Of a stretch of 64,000 nt of DNA, positions 21,209-35,000 are shown in pieces. The stretch lies in the NCBI GenBank assembly GCA_973895155.1, contig OZ316896.1, forward strand, positions 22,897,722 to 22,961,721, in the 5' to 3' direction. The notes under the pieces are model-generated. The model saw only the letters and a program-made list of their open reading frames with translations, did no database searches and was not told the DNA's origin. How positions within the stretch are numbered: the first letter of the stretch is position 1; each line of letters begins with the position of its first letter. The translations under genes and the position numbers were made by a program. The DNA is from Marsupella aquatica (lineage: Eukaryota > Plantae > Marchantiophyta).

Positions 21209-24200
21209 CACACTCCTGTGAAAGTCTTGTGCATGAATCCAATCATCAAACCGCTTATTCCACTATCTTGGTGACTGCTTCAACCCGTACAAGGATCTCA
21301 ACAATCTGCAAACCAAATCCTCTTGCCCTCTCTTCACAAAACCTAGCGGTTGTCTCATGAAGATCACCTCTTCCAAGGTGCCATAGAGAAAGGCTGTGAC
21401 AACATCCATCTGATCTAGCAGCAGACCAAACATTATAACAAGCACACACAATAGCCGTATTGTTGAGTACTTAGCAACTGGTGAGAAGACCTCATTGTAA
21501 TCCACACCTTTTTCCTGTGTGAATCCCTTGGCTACCAACCTAGCCTTGTAGACCTTCGATCCACCTCTCATGGATTGATCCTTTACCTTGTATATCCACT
21601 TGCTGTCCACCACTTGCTGTCCCTCAGGCAGCTTGACAAGCTCCCAAGTTTTGTTGTCCTTCAGTGACTGCATCTCCGTTTGCATTGCTGCAGTCCACTC
21701 CTGCTTCTCCTTAGAAGCACTTGCCTCATGAAATGAAGAAGGTTCCCCTTCTTCTAGTATCAACGCATCACCCTCATCTTTAGTAACAAAATCCTCCTCT
21801 TGCAACTGAGATGAATCAACCCACTGTCCATATCTTGGTGGAGCGCGTACAGTGCGACGAGATGTTCTTCTAGCCGATGACTCCGGTTGATCTGCGTTAG
21901 TTGGTATAGTTTGAAGCTCACCAGCATCCACTTGCTGCTCACCAGCATCCACTTGCTGCTTACCAACATCAACAAACTCCTCTGGTTCCTCTGGCACAGG
22001 AACCAGCTCCATATTTGGAACAACTCTTTCTCTCCGGTCATGGACCTCATGACCAATCTCCCCCTCAACGAGATCCGGGATAGGAGATTTTCCTTTGTCA
22101 GTACGGGAGACCTGAGTATTCTCCCCCTCCTTCAATAATCTGGATTCATTGAAGGAAACATCCCTACTGACAACGAGCTTATAGGCAATAGGATCCCATA
22201 GCCTATAGGCTTTCACACCACTCTGGTATCCAAGAAAAACACATTTCTTGGAGGTAAGATCCAACTTGGTCTTATTCTGCTTTGGTGTGAGAGCATATGC
22301 ATCACTTCCAAAAACTACCAAGCCATGATAGTTTGCTTGCCGCTTATAGCGCATCTCAAACGGCGTTTTGAAATTGATAGCACTAGAAGGAGAAAGATTT
22401 ACCAAATAAGCTGTGGTATTGACAGCTTTTGCCCAAAATTCTTGTGGTAAACCTGATTGGCTCAACATACTCCGTGACCGCTCCAATAGTGTCCGATTGA
22501 GCCTCTTAGCGACACCATTCTGCTGCGGAGTATAAGTTGTGGTGAGATGGCGAGTTATCCCCTGTTCTGAACAGTATTCTTCAAATTCCACTGAAGTGTA
22601 CTCCCCGCCGTTGTCTGACCTCAAACTCTTCACCCTTGTTTCCAAACACTTGACCGTGTTTCCAGTCTGATTCTCCACCTGGGCCTTCCACTTCTTAAAA
22701 ATGGATAAGACATCAGAATTATGCGTCATGAAATAAATCCACACAAATCTTGAGTAATCGTCAATAAATGATACATAGTACAACTTTCCAGAGTGTGAGG
22801 AAGTCGGGGATGGACCCCACACGTCACTATGTATGTACTCAAGAACCGCCTTGGAACGATGTGTTCCAACACCAAAAGCACGACGATGCTACTTTCCAAG
22901 AATGCAATGCTCACAAAACTCTAATTTACAAGATTGCAAATTAGAAATGAGTCCATTTTTCCGTAAGATAGCCAAACCCTTCTCACTCATGTGGCCTAGC
23001 CGTGAATGCCATAGATGAGTCATCTCCTCGTGAGACTTGGTTACATTGGCGTCTCCACATACAGTATTGTCCTGTAACACATACAAATTCTTTTGTCTGC
23101 TCCCCTTCAAGATCACTGTCTCTCCCGACCTGACTTGAAGTTCATCATCAATAACGCTCCATTGATGACCATTTGAATCCAACACACCCAGTGAAATCAG
23201 ATTCTTACGCATGCCAGGTACATACCTGACTCCGGACACTGTGCGCATAGTGCCATCAAACATTTGAATCTTCACAAACCCAATACCCTCAATTTGACAG
23301 GAGTGATCATTTCTCATCAAAACTGAACCGTTTGAAACAGAGTAAGAACTGAAAAACTCTCGAATGTAACAAATGTGAAAAGAGCAAACACAATCAAGAA
23401 TCCACACATCATCTTCTATTCTAGATGACGTGCACAGGGCATACCCCTGGCTTCATAATACATACTCATCATTGAGTAAATCAGCATCTCCATCAGCCCT
23501 AGCCACATTTGCCGATGAAGATTCAGTTGCCTTTCCCTTACAGTCTCGCTTGAAGTGTCCAACCTGGTTGCACTTCCAACATGTCACCTGCCTTCTCTAA
23601 GGGGATTTGTCTTTAGACTTAGATTTGGATTTAGATCTAAACTAGGTTCTATGGTCCCCAGTTGGTCGTTGCATACTCCTCCCACGGTTAACATTGAGGG
23701 CAGCACCAGAGGATGAAGGCTGTGATGTGATGTGCATCTTTTGCTGAAGATCATCACTAAGCAGAGAACTTACCACGTCATTGTATGAAATGGTATCCCT
23801 ATCACAATGCAACAACACCCGTGATAGGGATTGGTAGATGGAGGCAATGAACTGAGAAGCTGCAGAGCCTTCGTCTCATCATTCAAAGTCTCCCCAAGGT
23901 TTTCCAAGTCAACGACCATGTTGTTGAAAGCATCCACATGGTCCTGCAACTTCATACCGGATTCCTTCATCCTGAAACTCATCAGTTTGTAGGAAGTATA
24001 GAGCCGGTTCGACAACTCCTTGCGGTGATACTTGCTCTGCAATTCCACAAATAAGGACATGCAGTCCTTATGTGCACCCAACTGCTTGATGATGGGAGGC
24101 ATGAGATAGAGTGTAACACACCACACTCCTTGCTCCTGCATGCGCTCCCATTGTTTCTCATCAACATCGTCTTCACGAGGGCTTAGCAGTTGGCCCATCC

Positions 24201-24490
24201 CTGAAGCATAGAGCACTCCCTTCACCTACTTCTCCCAAAGCAAGTAGTCAGAGCGCCCATCATACTTTGTCACTTCATACTTGGGTCCCCCAAGCTTGAA
24301 CGTACCCATCTTCTTCTTTGGCACTACTGTGAGCTCCGGTAGTAGAACAGCTTCCTCCCACTCGTCGCACCGGTGATGGTACCGGTGTCACGTGCTCTTC
24401 CTCCTGCTCCTCTCTCTCCACCACAAACCGCCGCGGTGATCCTCGTGCTTCAAGTTCCACGTCTTCAAAAATCTCCTCCGAATCACTCAT
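21209..24490 (-). pseudogene. Copia gag-pol N-terminal part: gag, zinc knuckle (CWKCNQVGHFKRDC), protease (WILDCVCSFHI), pre-integrase (LWHSRLGHMS), integrase (RSDNGGEY, TPQQNGVA), start of RT (KARLVAKGFTQ, QMDVVTAFLYG, SLYGLKQSPR)
   Basis: Motifs found in ORFs 23770-24225, 22889-23407 and 21263-22822; several stops and frameshifts. Confidence 0.93.
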
Positions 24491-24607
24491 ATGAGAAAAA
24501 ATCACGAAAAATAATGTTTTTCACAACTTCTAAAAAAACTCAAAACTAATCACCGCCACGTAGCCCATGAAGCTAGGAGTCCAAGACAGAAAAATTATAC
24601 AAATTTT

Positions 24608-24718
24608 GGTCGCCCTTGGAGCGAAGCTCCTTCTGGTCACTCCGGGTCGCCCTTGGAACGAGGCTCCCCCTGGTCACTCCGGGTCGCCCTTGGAGCGAGG
24701 CTCCCTTTAAGTCGCCCT
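24608..24718. repeat. 37-bp tandem repeat x3 in the Copia 5' leader
   Basis: GGTCGCCCTTGGA(G/A)CGA(A/G)GCTCC at 24608, 24645 and 24682. Confidence 0.85.
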
Positions 24719-25539
24719 CTGAAACCCTATTGCTACAAAAATCTCGCCGCAATTCCCGGACAAAGTTACTATTCACTAACTTGTTGTTTTCCTTGTGCCC
24801 TAGGTCACCGCCGCACCTCACCTCTCCGCGATGCGCTAAATTGCCATAGGAAACACAATTTGCCAACATCCAATGTTGCTTGCTGCCGCCAATTCCACAA
24901 GTAAAAATGATGACCGCCGACGGGAAAATGTTGCCCAATTGCATAGGCACAATCTGCAAGCTCAGTAGAGAAAAAATCTTCCGTCGTGTCACACTCACTC
25001 TGCGTCAAGTGCCAATCCCGAACTCAAAATGACCGTCTTGACGCAATCAAAACATTGAGCCATAGCACTTTGCGTTTCTTCCTCCAAGATGGACGTGACG
25101 ACGAGTAACCCGGTTCAGATGAGAACAAGCTCCATAGCCTGTGAAAAAATCTGAACGTCTCCTTCACTCATCATGACGCACTCGGTAACCATTCGACAGC
25201 AACTCAACTACCAAAATGAACAGCTCACTTTAACCTCCAAAATGAGCTATAACATGTGACGCCTCCCGCACCGCACAACTCAAACCGTTGAAAAAATGAT
25301 CTCTGGTTTCTCCCTCGAAATACCGTCGAACATGAAAAAACTCCAGATCGACGCAAACTTTGATTCCTCCGCACAACGGATACCGATCAGCGAGTTCTAA
25401 CCACCGTTAGAAAGCCCTCTCACTTATCTATCCGTTCAGCCACACACATTCAAGTTTCATGCGATGAAACTCCGAATGTAACACCGACAATGAACGCTGG
25501 AAAACCATCACAAAAAAGACCTCGTCACCTCCCAGGCAT

Positions 25540-25551
25540 GTTCTGATACCA
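25540..25551 (-). other. Primer binding site complementary to initiator tRNA-Met (TGGTATCAGAAC)
   Basis: Two nucleotides inside the 5' LTR; one mismatch to the usual TGGTATCAGAGC. Confidence 0.92.
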
Positions 25552-25553
25552 AT

Positions 25554-25971
25554 TGTTGAGCATCAACGACAATCGCAATGGCAAGCCCATGAACCATCCA
25601 ACACACAAGAGTCGACACAGAGAGATACGTGGTTCACCTCCACATTAGGCTACATCCACGGGAACACACAAGAGCTTTATTGCACTCTAGGCCGACCGGC
25701 CATACCAAGCATCCATAGCACAAGCTCTCTCTATCTCTCAACTAGCTCCGTAAGAATGAGCCTGAGTTCCTTCTCTCCAAGCAAACACTGCTTGCTTATA
25801 GAGTGTGCACAGCATGACTAACCTAACCAAGTCTGCAACTAAGGTTAGCCTTAACTATGGTACAGTTGTAACTCTAGACCTACAGCATGACTAACCTAAC
25901 CAAGTCTGCAACTAAGGTTAGCCTTAACTACGGTACACTCGTAACTCTAGACCTAAGAGTAAATCCTAACA
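25554..25971 (-). repeat. 5' LTR (418 bp) with an internal 73-bp tandem duplication
   Basis: Matches the 3' LTR apart from about 10 transitions and the duplication at 25810-25955. Confidence 0.96.
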
Positions 25972-26711
25972 TGCATAAGTAGGATAGATTATTTTATCTA
26001 CAGTATCTATATCTATTACGGGTCTTATTGGTTGCACTATTGTTACTTTATCTCTTGCAGGTTGCAATAGAGGGGATGACTCAGGTGTATCCAATATTTT
26101 TTGTTGGGCTGAGACAGCTGGTATAAAGTCTCTAGTCAAATTCCTCTTTGTGACTCTCTATGTGGCTTACTCTACAGCACTACTATGCTTTTGTTGGGCA
26201 TTGGCGGTTGGTTTTAGAGCCTCTGGTTAAATTCCTCTTTGTGACCCTCTTATATAGCTTACTTTGCAACTGTATCTACAACTATTATTCAGTCTAAACT
26301 TTATAATAGACTATGATAATAAACCCTAAAGCATGTAACCTCTGAAATAGCATATAGAGGCTTATTTTTTAGGGATAGCTTCCCAACATTGGCCCTATAC
26401 CTTAATACATGGCATAACCTCCATTTTCACAACCCTGACCTCCACGTTTAGTAGAATGCAGCCAGGAGAGAGACCAACCACTACCTCATCTATGTCAAAG
26501 ATTCTACCACATGATCCTGGAAATGCTTAAGATTTTGTACTCGTGATATGACAACAGATCACTTTGGACAGGGTAGAGGTCAAAGGGAGGGAGCCGGAAG
26601 ACTGTTGGTGACTGAATTCACTATGAGGGCTTTTCTAATTTCTGGGCCTCCTAATGATGGGCTACGGTTTTGGGTTTAGAGGTTATTGATACCTAAACTG
26701 CTAAAGGTGCA

Positions 26712-26807
26712 ATAACCCATGGCCTAGTTGGTGGCCATGGCTGTCACTCCCTCGGGCTACTGGGCCTTTGGGGTTATAGCCCATAACCCTTCCAGGCCAT
26801 GGGTTAT
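26712..26807. repeat. Small inverted-repeat (MITE-like) element with 14-bp perfect IR ATAACCCATGGCCT
   Basis: 26712-26725 is the reverse complement of 26794-26807; an internal GGGTTAT/ATAACCC hairpin is also present. Confidence 0.55.
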
Positions 26808-28158
26808 CCTACACTATGTGCTGACAAGGCAATGTAACTTTTATCATCGTATCCATAGCAGGGCCATATCTATTTCCGTGGTCCCAAATTTTAATATGTA
26901 TAATTTTGTTCCAATATTGTGGACTTCTCCCTTTATAAACTTTGGGAGGTTTACAGCTTTTGACAATGGTAGCAAACCCAATTTGCATACACTGTGTCAC
27001 AACCCCACCCATATTTCACTACCCAAGAAATTATTGCCCTGTTGTGCCCTGTTGCATTGTGCCTGAGTGCCTTGCAGGCCACCAATGAGGTGCCATTTTT
27101 TATACAGCTTTTTACTAACCTGTCCCTCAAACTAAAGTATCCCCCAAACAATTTTTGTTTATTTTGCAAAGAAACCGGGAAAGGGCCGGAACGCGCACAA
27201 CCACCCGGGGGCAAAAACTGCCCCGGGTAGGAAGGACCAACAACACCTAATCGATCCAATAATCTGATGCAGCCACCAGGCAATCCCCGAACCCCGCTCA
27301 CCATGAGTCTTCCCCATTCTCTGTCTACCTCTATTATTACAAAGTTTGTTACCAACAAGAGGGTCCTGTTGAACACAGTTAGGACACATGTTGCCCGAGT
27401 GCTCCCAAACAAATTTATTTACTAATCGGATCCCCATTTAGTATATGGGTTCGTACATAAGTTAGTATATGGGTTAGTATATGGGTACGTATATGGGTTA
27501 GTGTTGCCATGACACTAAACACCTAAACCCTAATATGGGTATGGGTTCTGCTCTGGAGAACAACATTATTTGAAGTTGTTTTGCCCTGCAGCAGAGCATG
27601 GGGAGGGAGGCAGATCAACAAGTTAATTTGGGGCCAATAGCGCCTTGCCACATGGCAGCAGAAGGCCCTATGCCAATGAGGACAAAGTAGAGTTATGTCT
27701 GATGAGGCAATTCTAGCCCATATGCAGAATGGAATCAGGTTAGTATAAATAATAATTTGGGGGACATCTTGGTAATTAATTTGGGGGATATCCGAGTAAA
27801 TTCTGTTAGTTAGGTGTTAAAATTTGCTAGATTCTTTGTATGCCATTCACTACTTTCCCACCAAATCATGGACCCCATTTTTCAGAATCTAATGGTAGTC
27901 CTTAACCCTAAGGATATCTGATGGGAAGGATATAGTCCAGGAAAATCTGAAAAAGTATTTTCCTAGCATCTTCTCCCTTAGAGTTTCTGATATGCCACAC
28001 TGGCTAAAAACAAAAACACTTCAAAAGTAGGCTGGTAGGAAGAGTCCCTTCTATACAATTCCACAGATTCCATCACCAATTGCCCTAGTTCCCTGGCAAC
28101 TGATGGCAACTTAACAGGTGGCAACTGAACAGGTTGCTGTTGGAATTGTCAACAAGAC

Positions 28159-28294
28159 AGGCTAGGAACTGAGATAACATAACAGTGCTCTATCAGTGAG
28201 CTACATAATATATATCACACTGCCAAAAGGCTAGGAACTGAGATAACATAATAGTGCTCTATCAGGGAGCTACATATATGTCACACTGCCAAAA
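28159..28294. repeat. ~68-bp tandem duplication upstream of MMS19
   Basis: AGGCTAGGAACTGAGATAACATAA(C/T)AGTGCTCTATCAG..CACACTGCCAAAA occurs twice. Confidence 0.85.
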
Positions 28295-29010
28295 AGACTG
28301 GATAGCCCAACAGATATGATCCCAAGGCCAAAAGAACCCAATAAAGTGGAAATATTATCCCAAAGGCAAGAACCCCATAAAGTGGGGAAGGGAAAAACTC
28401 CACTAAGACCAAAGAGCCCCAACAAGTCGAAGTCAAGTTGTATCCTCCAGAAAGAAAAAAGGAAGAAGCACACTACAGACTAAAAACCTTACTGGGCGGT
28501 GAACTGAAAAGCTCGTGCAGTCTGTAGGTTTCTCGCTCCCCAAAATGCGGCATTGAACTACTCATGCGTATCACAGTTTGCCGAAGAATGTCGTTGCTGG
28601 ACACTAGCTGCATTCCTCGTTATCGCAGAAAAATTCCTTGTGAAAAAATCGTCAGTGCTACTGTCTGGTGACAACTATCTGCCACCGCCTCACTTCCACT
28701 GCACAAGTGATGGTTGAATTAAAATCCGCGCCGGTTGGGATGTTTCTAAAGACATTAGGAGATGTTATGGCGCGAATTCAGGGCCCAAGCGAGGGCTGAT
28801 GGAACAAGAGCCTTCGCGCTGGGTTTTGGTTTCAGCTACAGAAGTAAAATAAAATCGGAGGGTGTCTCTAGATCAATGAATTCATGCCTTGCGACGGTCT
28901 GAACCGAATGGCAGAAGAATTTTCCGAAGAGATTCAGAGATAGAGAGTTGCCTACAGTGTGGACTTTCAGAGGACTCTCCGTAGGAAGGGCTTAGGGTTT
29001 AGCAGAGGCA

Positions 29011-32000
29011 ATGGGTACACGGGAAGGAACGAGCAATTGGATGGCCGATGTGGACATTTATGTGGATCCAGATGCATCCGAGACGAACCAGGTACTACTA
29101 AGTGACCAGTCTCTGTTTATTCGATTCTGTGTTTGGGTGGGTCAGCTGGTACTGTAACTGTAGCAACTGCTGATCAGACAGAAACAGGCTCAGCTTGGCA
29201 AATCAGGAAATGATCAGCTGGAGGTCTTGTAGCTCTGCAGCATATTTCAATGAAGTATCAGTCCATCATTTTGACAGTGGATGAATTGAATTTCAAGTGG
29301 TTTTCTATTTCGATTCAATTCCAGAAATGTATGTGGAGCTGTGCAGGCTGCAAGTCTTGAGGCTATTAGCAAACTGTTGCTGGACAAAAAAATCACCATC
29401 CAAAGCGTTGTATGTATTCTCTTGCGGAACTCTTTTCATATGGATACCAAATGTTGACGGTCGGTTGGTGATGGGATAAGACCTTAGGGGATTCCATTTT
29501 GTTGTTTTGTTCCCACTTATTTGTCTTTCATTTTCCGCTGATTTTTAGATCGAGGTTTGTGGATATAATTTGGTCTCTATAGGTCACTGCAATTGGCAAG
29601 TACCTAACCACAACAGACAACTCAATCCGAGCGAGAGGTATATCTGAGTTCCTCATTTAGTCTGTCTTGCACATCGTACTGGATGCTGCGTTACATCCGA
29701 TTACATTCTTGTTTCCGTTCCAAGATTTTCAAAAATAAAAACATCGTCGCAAGGCAGTCACTGCTGAAAGCTAAATAACGGTTAACGATCTAATTATGTA
29801 CAGGGCTCATCCTATTGGGAGAGTTGCTGGTCAGATTGGCAATGACACCATTAGAAAATACGACAATTCATAGTCTGGCCGCTTTTTTTACTGCAAGACT
29901 TGTAAGTACACTTCCCCAGCTGCTTTGCAGTTTTTCTTAGTTATAGTTGACTGTCACCTTAGACCACCGAAGTGCTCCGTCGTACAAGCTCACTTGATTT
30001 GTTCCCCATTTAAGGCGTAAACCCTTAAGAATATAACCTGGTTTGAATTTAATCGTCAGCCGTACTTTGACAGCGCCTTACTTAATTTCGCAACATTATG
30101 TTTTTTGATTGGAAGGATCAATAATCATTTGGATTACTTGTTCGTATTGCCTGTGCTCTTTTCTCAGGCAGATTGGCACTGTTTGCGAGGAGCTCTAATT
30201 GGTTCCATTGCCCTATTAAAAAGATCCAAACAAGTTGGAAGAGTTGAGGAAAGTGATGTGAAAGACTTGGCCAAGTCCATACTCCAGAGTCTTCACGTGC
30301 AGGCTCTTGGATTAACAGACCGGCTGGTATGGACTTTAGGTCACTAATCTGACGGTTTCAAGTGATGAGCACATCAGCGAAATCTTAGACACCTTTAGGT
30401 TCAATTTGGCCTGCAGAAGTGAACTATATTTCCTGCCTTCTCATGATGCATTGTGGTGCATGCAGATGTCTCTGGAACTCTTTGAATGTCTCTTGAACTT
30501 CCATGGTGCCTCTGTTTTATCCATGGTATTCTCATCACGATCCTTCATGTTCAATGCTATGGAGTAGCAAATGATGCCAGGGAGCTCCAGTTGTGTGGCA
30601 CAGTTGAGGGGCAGTAATATCCTATGTTTCTCTTTGTGAAGCTGTATTTAGCTGCAGAGTAGCATAATCACAGATTCACAAGGTTTTAAATTTTGGTAGA
30701 TTCCGACTTCACAAATTGGGGCTTCTTTGTGTGCGAAACAGGAATATTGAAAGATACATATGTCTCTAGCGCAGCAGCGCATAAGAGACTGGTTGATAGT
30801 GCCATGGTTCTAAAGAATCCAGGCGAAATCACATGAAGTAATGGCTTTCCTGAGAAACACCAATGCTGAAGATTTAGATGAGCTTGACGAACATTAAGTC
30901 GCTCCTCATATTTGCGTTGAGAGGATAATTAAAAAGGGCTGAACTCCGAAGAAATCTGTATTTAAGTCTATTATCACACGATGTTATGGAGGATATTGTG
31001 CCTGGAAAACTAATATTCATGGTGTCAATACATCAAGTAGTTTGTTATGATAGTGTTAGGATAACAAGGTCACCCCATTAATTCTAATTTTCATTGTAAA
31101 CGTCATTAAATCTTGGACAGGAGCCAGGATGGTTCATCGCTATTGTTATAAGTGCCCTGACGAGTCTATGATGCTGTTCTGCAGGGTAGTGACTTAATAT
31201 ATGGAGTTTGTGCTGCTATTGAAGCAGAGAAGGATCCACGTTGCCTTTTGGTGGCCTTTACTCTCGTGACGCACTTGGCTCAACTTTTTCCAGCACCAGA
31301 TGGTCCTCTTGCGGATTGTGCACAGGATCTGTTTGACAGCGTTAGCTGCTATTTCCCCGTCTCTTTCAGTCCGGTATGCCTCGCTTTGACTTCCACTCAT
31401 CCGCAATTCTTTTTCTATGATTATACTCCGGAGCTTGTTTTTGGTATGCGAGAAACAGAGCGGAACTCCGGGATTACTCCACTCTGGTGTCCATGGCTAC
31501 GTGCAGCACTCTGGAGTTGTTAGAGTAACAGACCATCTGTTGAATGCAACAACTGCTGTTATTTTTAGAAGATTATGTTTTCATAATGACAATTCTAGGT
31601 TTGCTTTGATTTACTTGACTGTCTCACATCGCCTTAAGAAGCACATCAAGTGCTACAATAGTATTGTATTGTGGAAAAATATATCAAGTTACAGAATACG
31701 TGAATGCCAACTTAGAAAGCAGGAGTCATAGTCGTTTCTGACCAACGATTTTCTGCAGCCTCCAAACGACACTCGAGGAATCTCAAGAGATGATCTTGCG
31801 GATGCTCTATTGGTCAGTTCCTCTCCTCAGCAATTGCATTTCCGTAATCGAGCTCAAATACACACTTTCGCCCACCAAAGTCACTTACTATCGAAAGCAC
31901 TTATTTCTTTCTGTTTCGTGGTGCAGATGGTTTTCACATCAACACCTTTATTCGCACCTTTCTGCATTCCTGTGCTCCTAGAAAAGCTATCCTCGAGCCT

Positions 32001-35000
32001 TCAGAGGGCAAAGGTTTGGCTTACAATGACCGAACTCAGAATTTTGAAATCTTCTTGACTTCAACATTAGTGATATGGACTTCTTGTTGGTCATTGATCA
32101 TGCTATCGTCTATATTATCTATGTGTTTGATGATTGATCGAGTTCCTCCGTTGCTGCAGCCTTCAACACCTTGTCTTGGTTTTGTTCTGACAAGCTGCTC
32201 TTTTTCGTGTTTATTGTTGTGGTACAGCTGGACTCCTTAAAATATCTGGGCGTGTGCGCCCTTTCTTATGGACCTAAGTTCATATCTGAATATGTGGTTG
32301 CTATTTGGCTAGCTCTCAAGGCAGAGCTTATAGCAACAGCTGACGATGCCCGACAGGATGTTCAAATTCATGATGCAGCATTACTTTGTTTGACACGATG
32401 TGTAGAATCTTTTCAGAAAGAGGTGGAAGAGGGCGGTGACGCTGAGGTCACAAATGCTGGTATACTGAAGTTAATCTGTGAAGATGATTGTGTTGAGGAC
32501 CTTTTGAGGTTTGTCGAGAAAGACCTTACCAGAGAGTCACAGCTTGAAATCAATTCTGGTGGTAGTGTGTTGGAGAATCAAACAGTGTTTGAGCCCGAGG
32601 GTAACATCTTGTGCAGAAGGGCAAAGGAACAGACCCGGTCTACTGGAGAGATCTTGGCTGCTGCGGTGAAGGCTTCTCCTTCCTCGTGTCACATTGTGAC
32701 GGATAACATTTTGAATCGAATTATCTTGGCAGCGGGACTATCTTCTATTGGTCAGACGGAGATATTGACGAAAGGTTCTCCAAGTATTCTAGGGCTGGAT
32801 GTCACAATTCAGATCCTTGAGGGTGCCGCCAGAGTTGCCGAGAGAACAGCCGTTGCGAGGCTATCTTCGTCAACATCTGTGCCAACAAAGCCAATAAGCA
32901 AGAAGTGGCTAGAACCAATTTGTTCAGTAGCTCCAAAGCTGCTTATGGCCTTCAGTCAGATTACTTCGGGTCATATTCCAACTCAGAACCACTCAAAGCT
33001 TGGAGGTAAACTCTTCTTCTCTATGATTGTGACGAAATTCGTGCATCTAGGAAATATTTCCTTAGAAGCGTGTCGTTCTTCATTTCGAAAGTTCTTGAAA
33101 AGACCCAAAGCAAAAAGTTCAGTTGGCCTTAATTTTACATGTGGCAGTGGCTGGTTTGCAGGCTTTGGCATCGTTTCCTGCAGGGTACTCGCCTCTAACT
33201 GAGGAAGAGCTTGAGCAGTTGTTGTCGATCTTGGTGGAGACTTTACTCGATGATACAAATGCTTCAGATCTGAAAGACAGTGCCCTGGAGGCAATCCTCT
33301 CCAGAAGTAACCTGGAGGAGAAAACCGGACCTGTGAAAGAATCTACAATTGTGACCGTCGTGTCTCCCAAACTTCTTCAATCAGTGCAAGAGGCTCAGAC
33401 AATTGCAGCTCTCAAATTGCCGTTGCAGGCTCTTGCAGCTGTATCTGGTACAAGACAAAATGCTCGACAGGCAGCTCTCAAAGGCTTGCGACAAATAATA
33501 GCAGCCAAATTCATAGATGTAGGTTCTCGTGTACGTGATCAAATGACTGCGGAGAACCTGTTAGTCGTTCTTCAACTTTTAGAGTTGCTTTTGTGTTGAT
33601 CTCGGACCTATGCAGATTGTAGGATTCAAACGATAAGGTCGTCGTGAATTGAAAAGGATGGCGCAGTAAATGAATGAAATCTGATTTCTGGTGTTTTGAG
33701 TGATAGCTCCGGGCGGCTGATGATAATGCTTTGGGAAGGATGGTGACAATATTGGACTCCCTGTCTCAAGAGATTATTCCTTTGTAAGTTCTCTCCATAT
33801 GTTGTAATATGTGCCCTTCGTGACATCTCCACTTAAAGCGTAGGTTTTGAGTACCTAGTACTTGATTCGACAGTGTAGTTTGTGAGTTTTTCTGTCTTTC
33901 ACTTCATAGGATTTCCATTGTAGAGCCCGCAATAGTAGTATAATGTACTTTCTTAGAACTGGAACTATCAAAACACGCCTATTTACGAGAAGTGTTGTTA
34001 TTTGAATGTGAAAGCAGTTGTGAAGAGGGAAGCACAGATCAAATGATTGCTTGTGATATAGTTCTGGACATCTGGAGTGCATGTCAAAGTCTATCTCGTA
34101 CAACATTTCAGATTTCTGATGAAGTAAGATTTCGCCCTTTCAGATTTCTAAGGATGAGATTGAGTTCGTATATATTTTTAAAGTTAGAAGTAGGATTTCC
34201 TACTTTCTAAGGATGGATATTGCGTCAGAAGTTTTGTTTTAAGGTATCCACATCGATATCGTGTGAGTATCCTTTATCGTCTGCTGACTAGCTTCCGATC
34301 GTATTTTTACATCTGCTAACCAACGCTGATCGTATTTTGTATTGAAAAATTCCTGGACGGGTCGAGTAGCTTGTGATTGAGGGTTCTGATGAGGAAATTG
34401 TTCTAAGTATTCTCGCTGCCTTGGCAGGTCCTTTCTTCCATAATGGCAGTCAATCGTGTCACCGTACGAACCTGCCCTGTAGGAGCTCAAGAGAAAATTA
34501 TTTCAAGGGCGACAAACGTTGTCTTGGACTCGGACATCAGTAATGTTTTGGTGAACACCTCCGTGAAGCAAGATGATGGGATGCAATACTGGACTACGTA
34601 CAGCACAAAATTTACGGGAGAGAGAGGGTGGCTTGTCGCGCTTGTTGCATCTATTGTTATCGGATTGTTTCCTGCAGTGGCGTTTCCTGAACGTCCTCTG
34701 CTTCTGAAGATTTTTGTAACCACTTCTATCTCAGAAGACAATTGTCTTAAAGCAAGGATTGCAGCTCAGGCCACTGCCTCTCTAATCAACAAGTGGAAGG
34801 ATACATTGAGTGGAGATGGAAGAGCTGCGAGGGAAGTTGACACCCTCGATGAGGCAATCCGACAAGCTGTTGATGAAACTTTGATGCCTGTAATTATCCA
34901 GCATATTAGAGATCATGATTCAAGTGCCACTGTTGTTGTTGACGACAGTGCTCCGAAAGAGTCTACTAATAACAACAAGATTGTGCGAGCTATTCATGCT

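Larger units (their letters stand above)
10005..25971 (-). mobile_element. Ty1/Copia LTR retrotransposon, full-length but degenerate, interrupted by a CACTA element
   Basis: Paired TG...CA LTRs; 5-bp TSD TGCAT (10000-10004 and 25972-25976); PBS and PPT present; gag-PR-IN-RT-RNaseH domain order. Confidence 0.97.

Noticed and set aside
21915-21970. 21-bp repeat encoding QQVDAGE twice
   Set aside because: Ordinary slippage in the variable integrase-RT linker of the Copia element.
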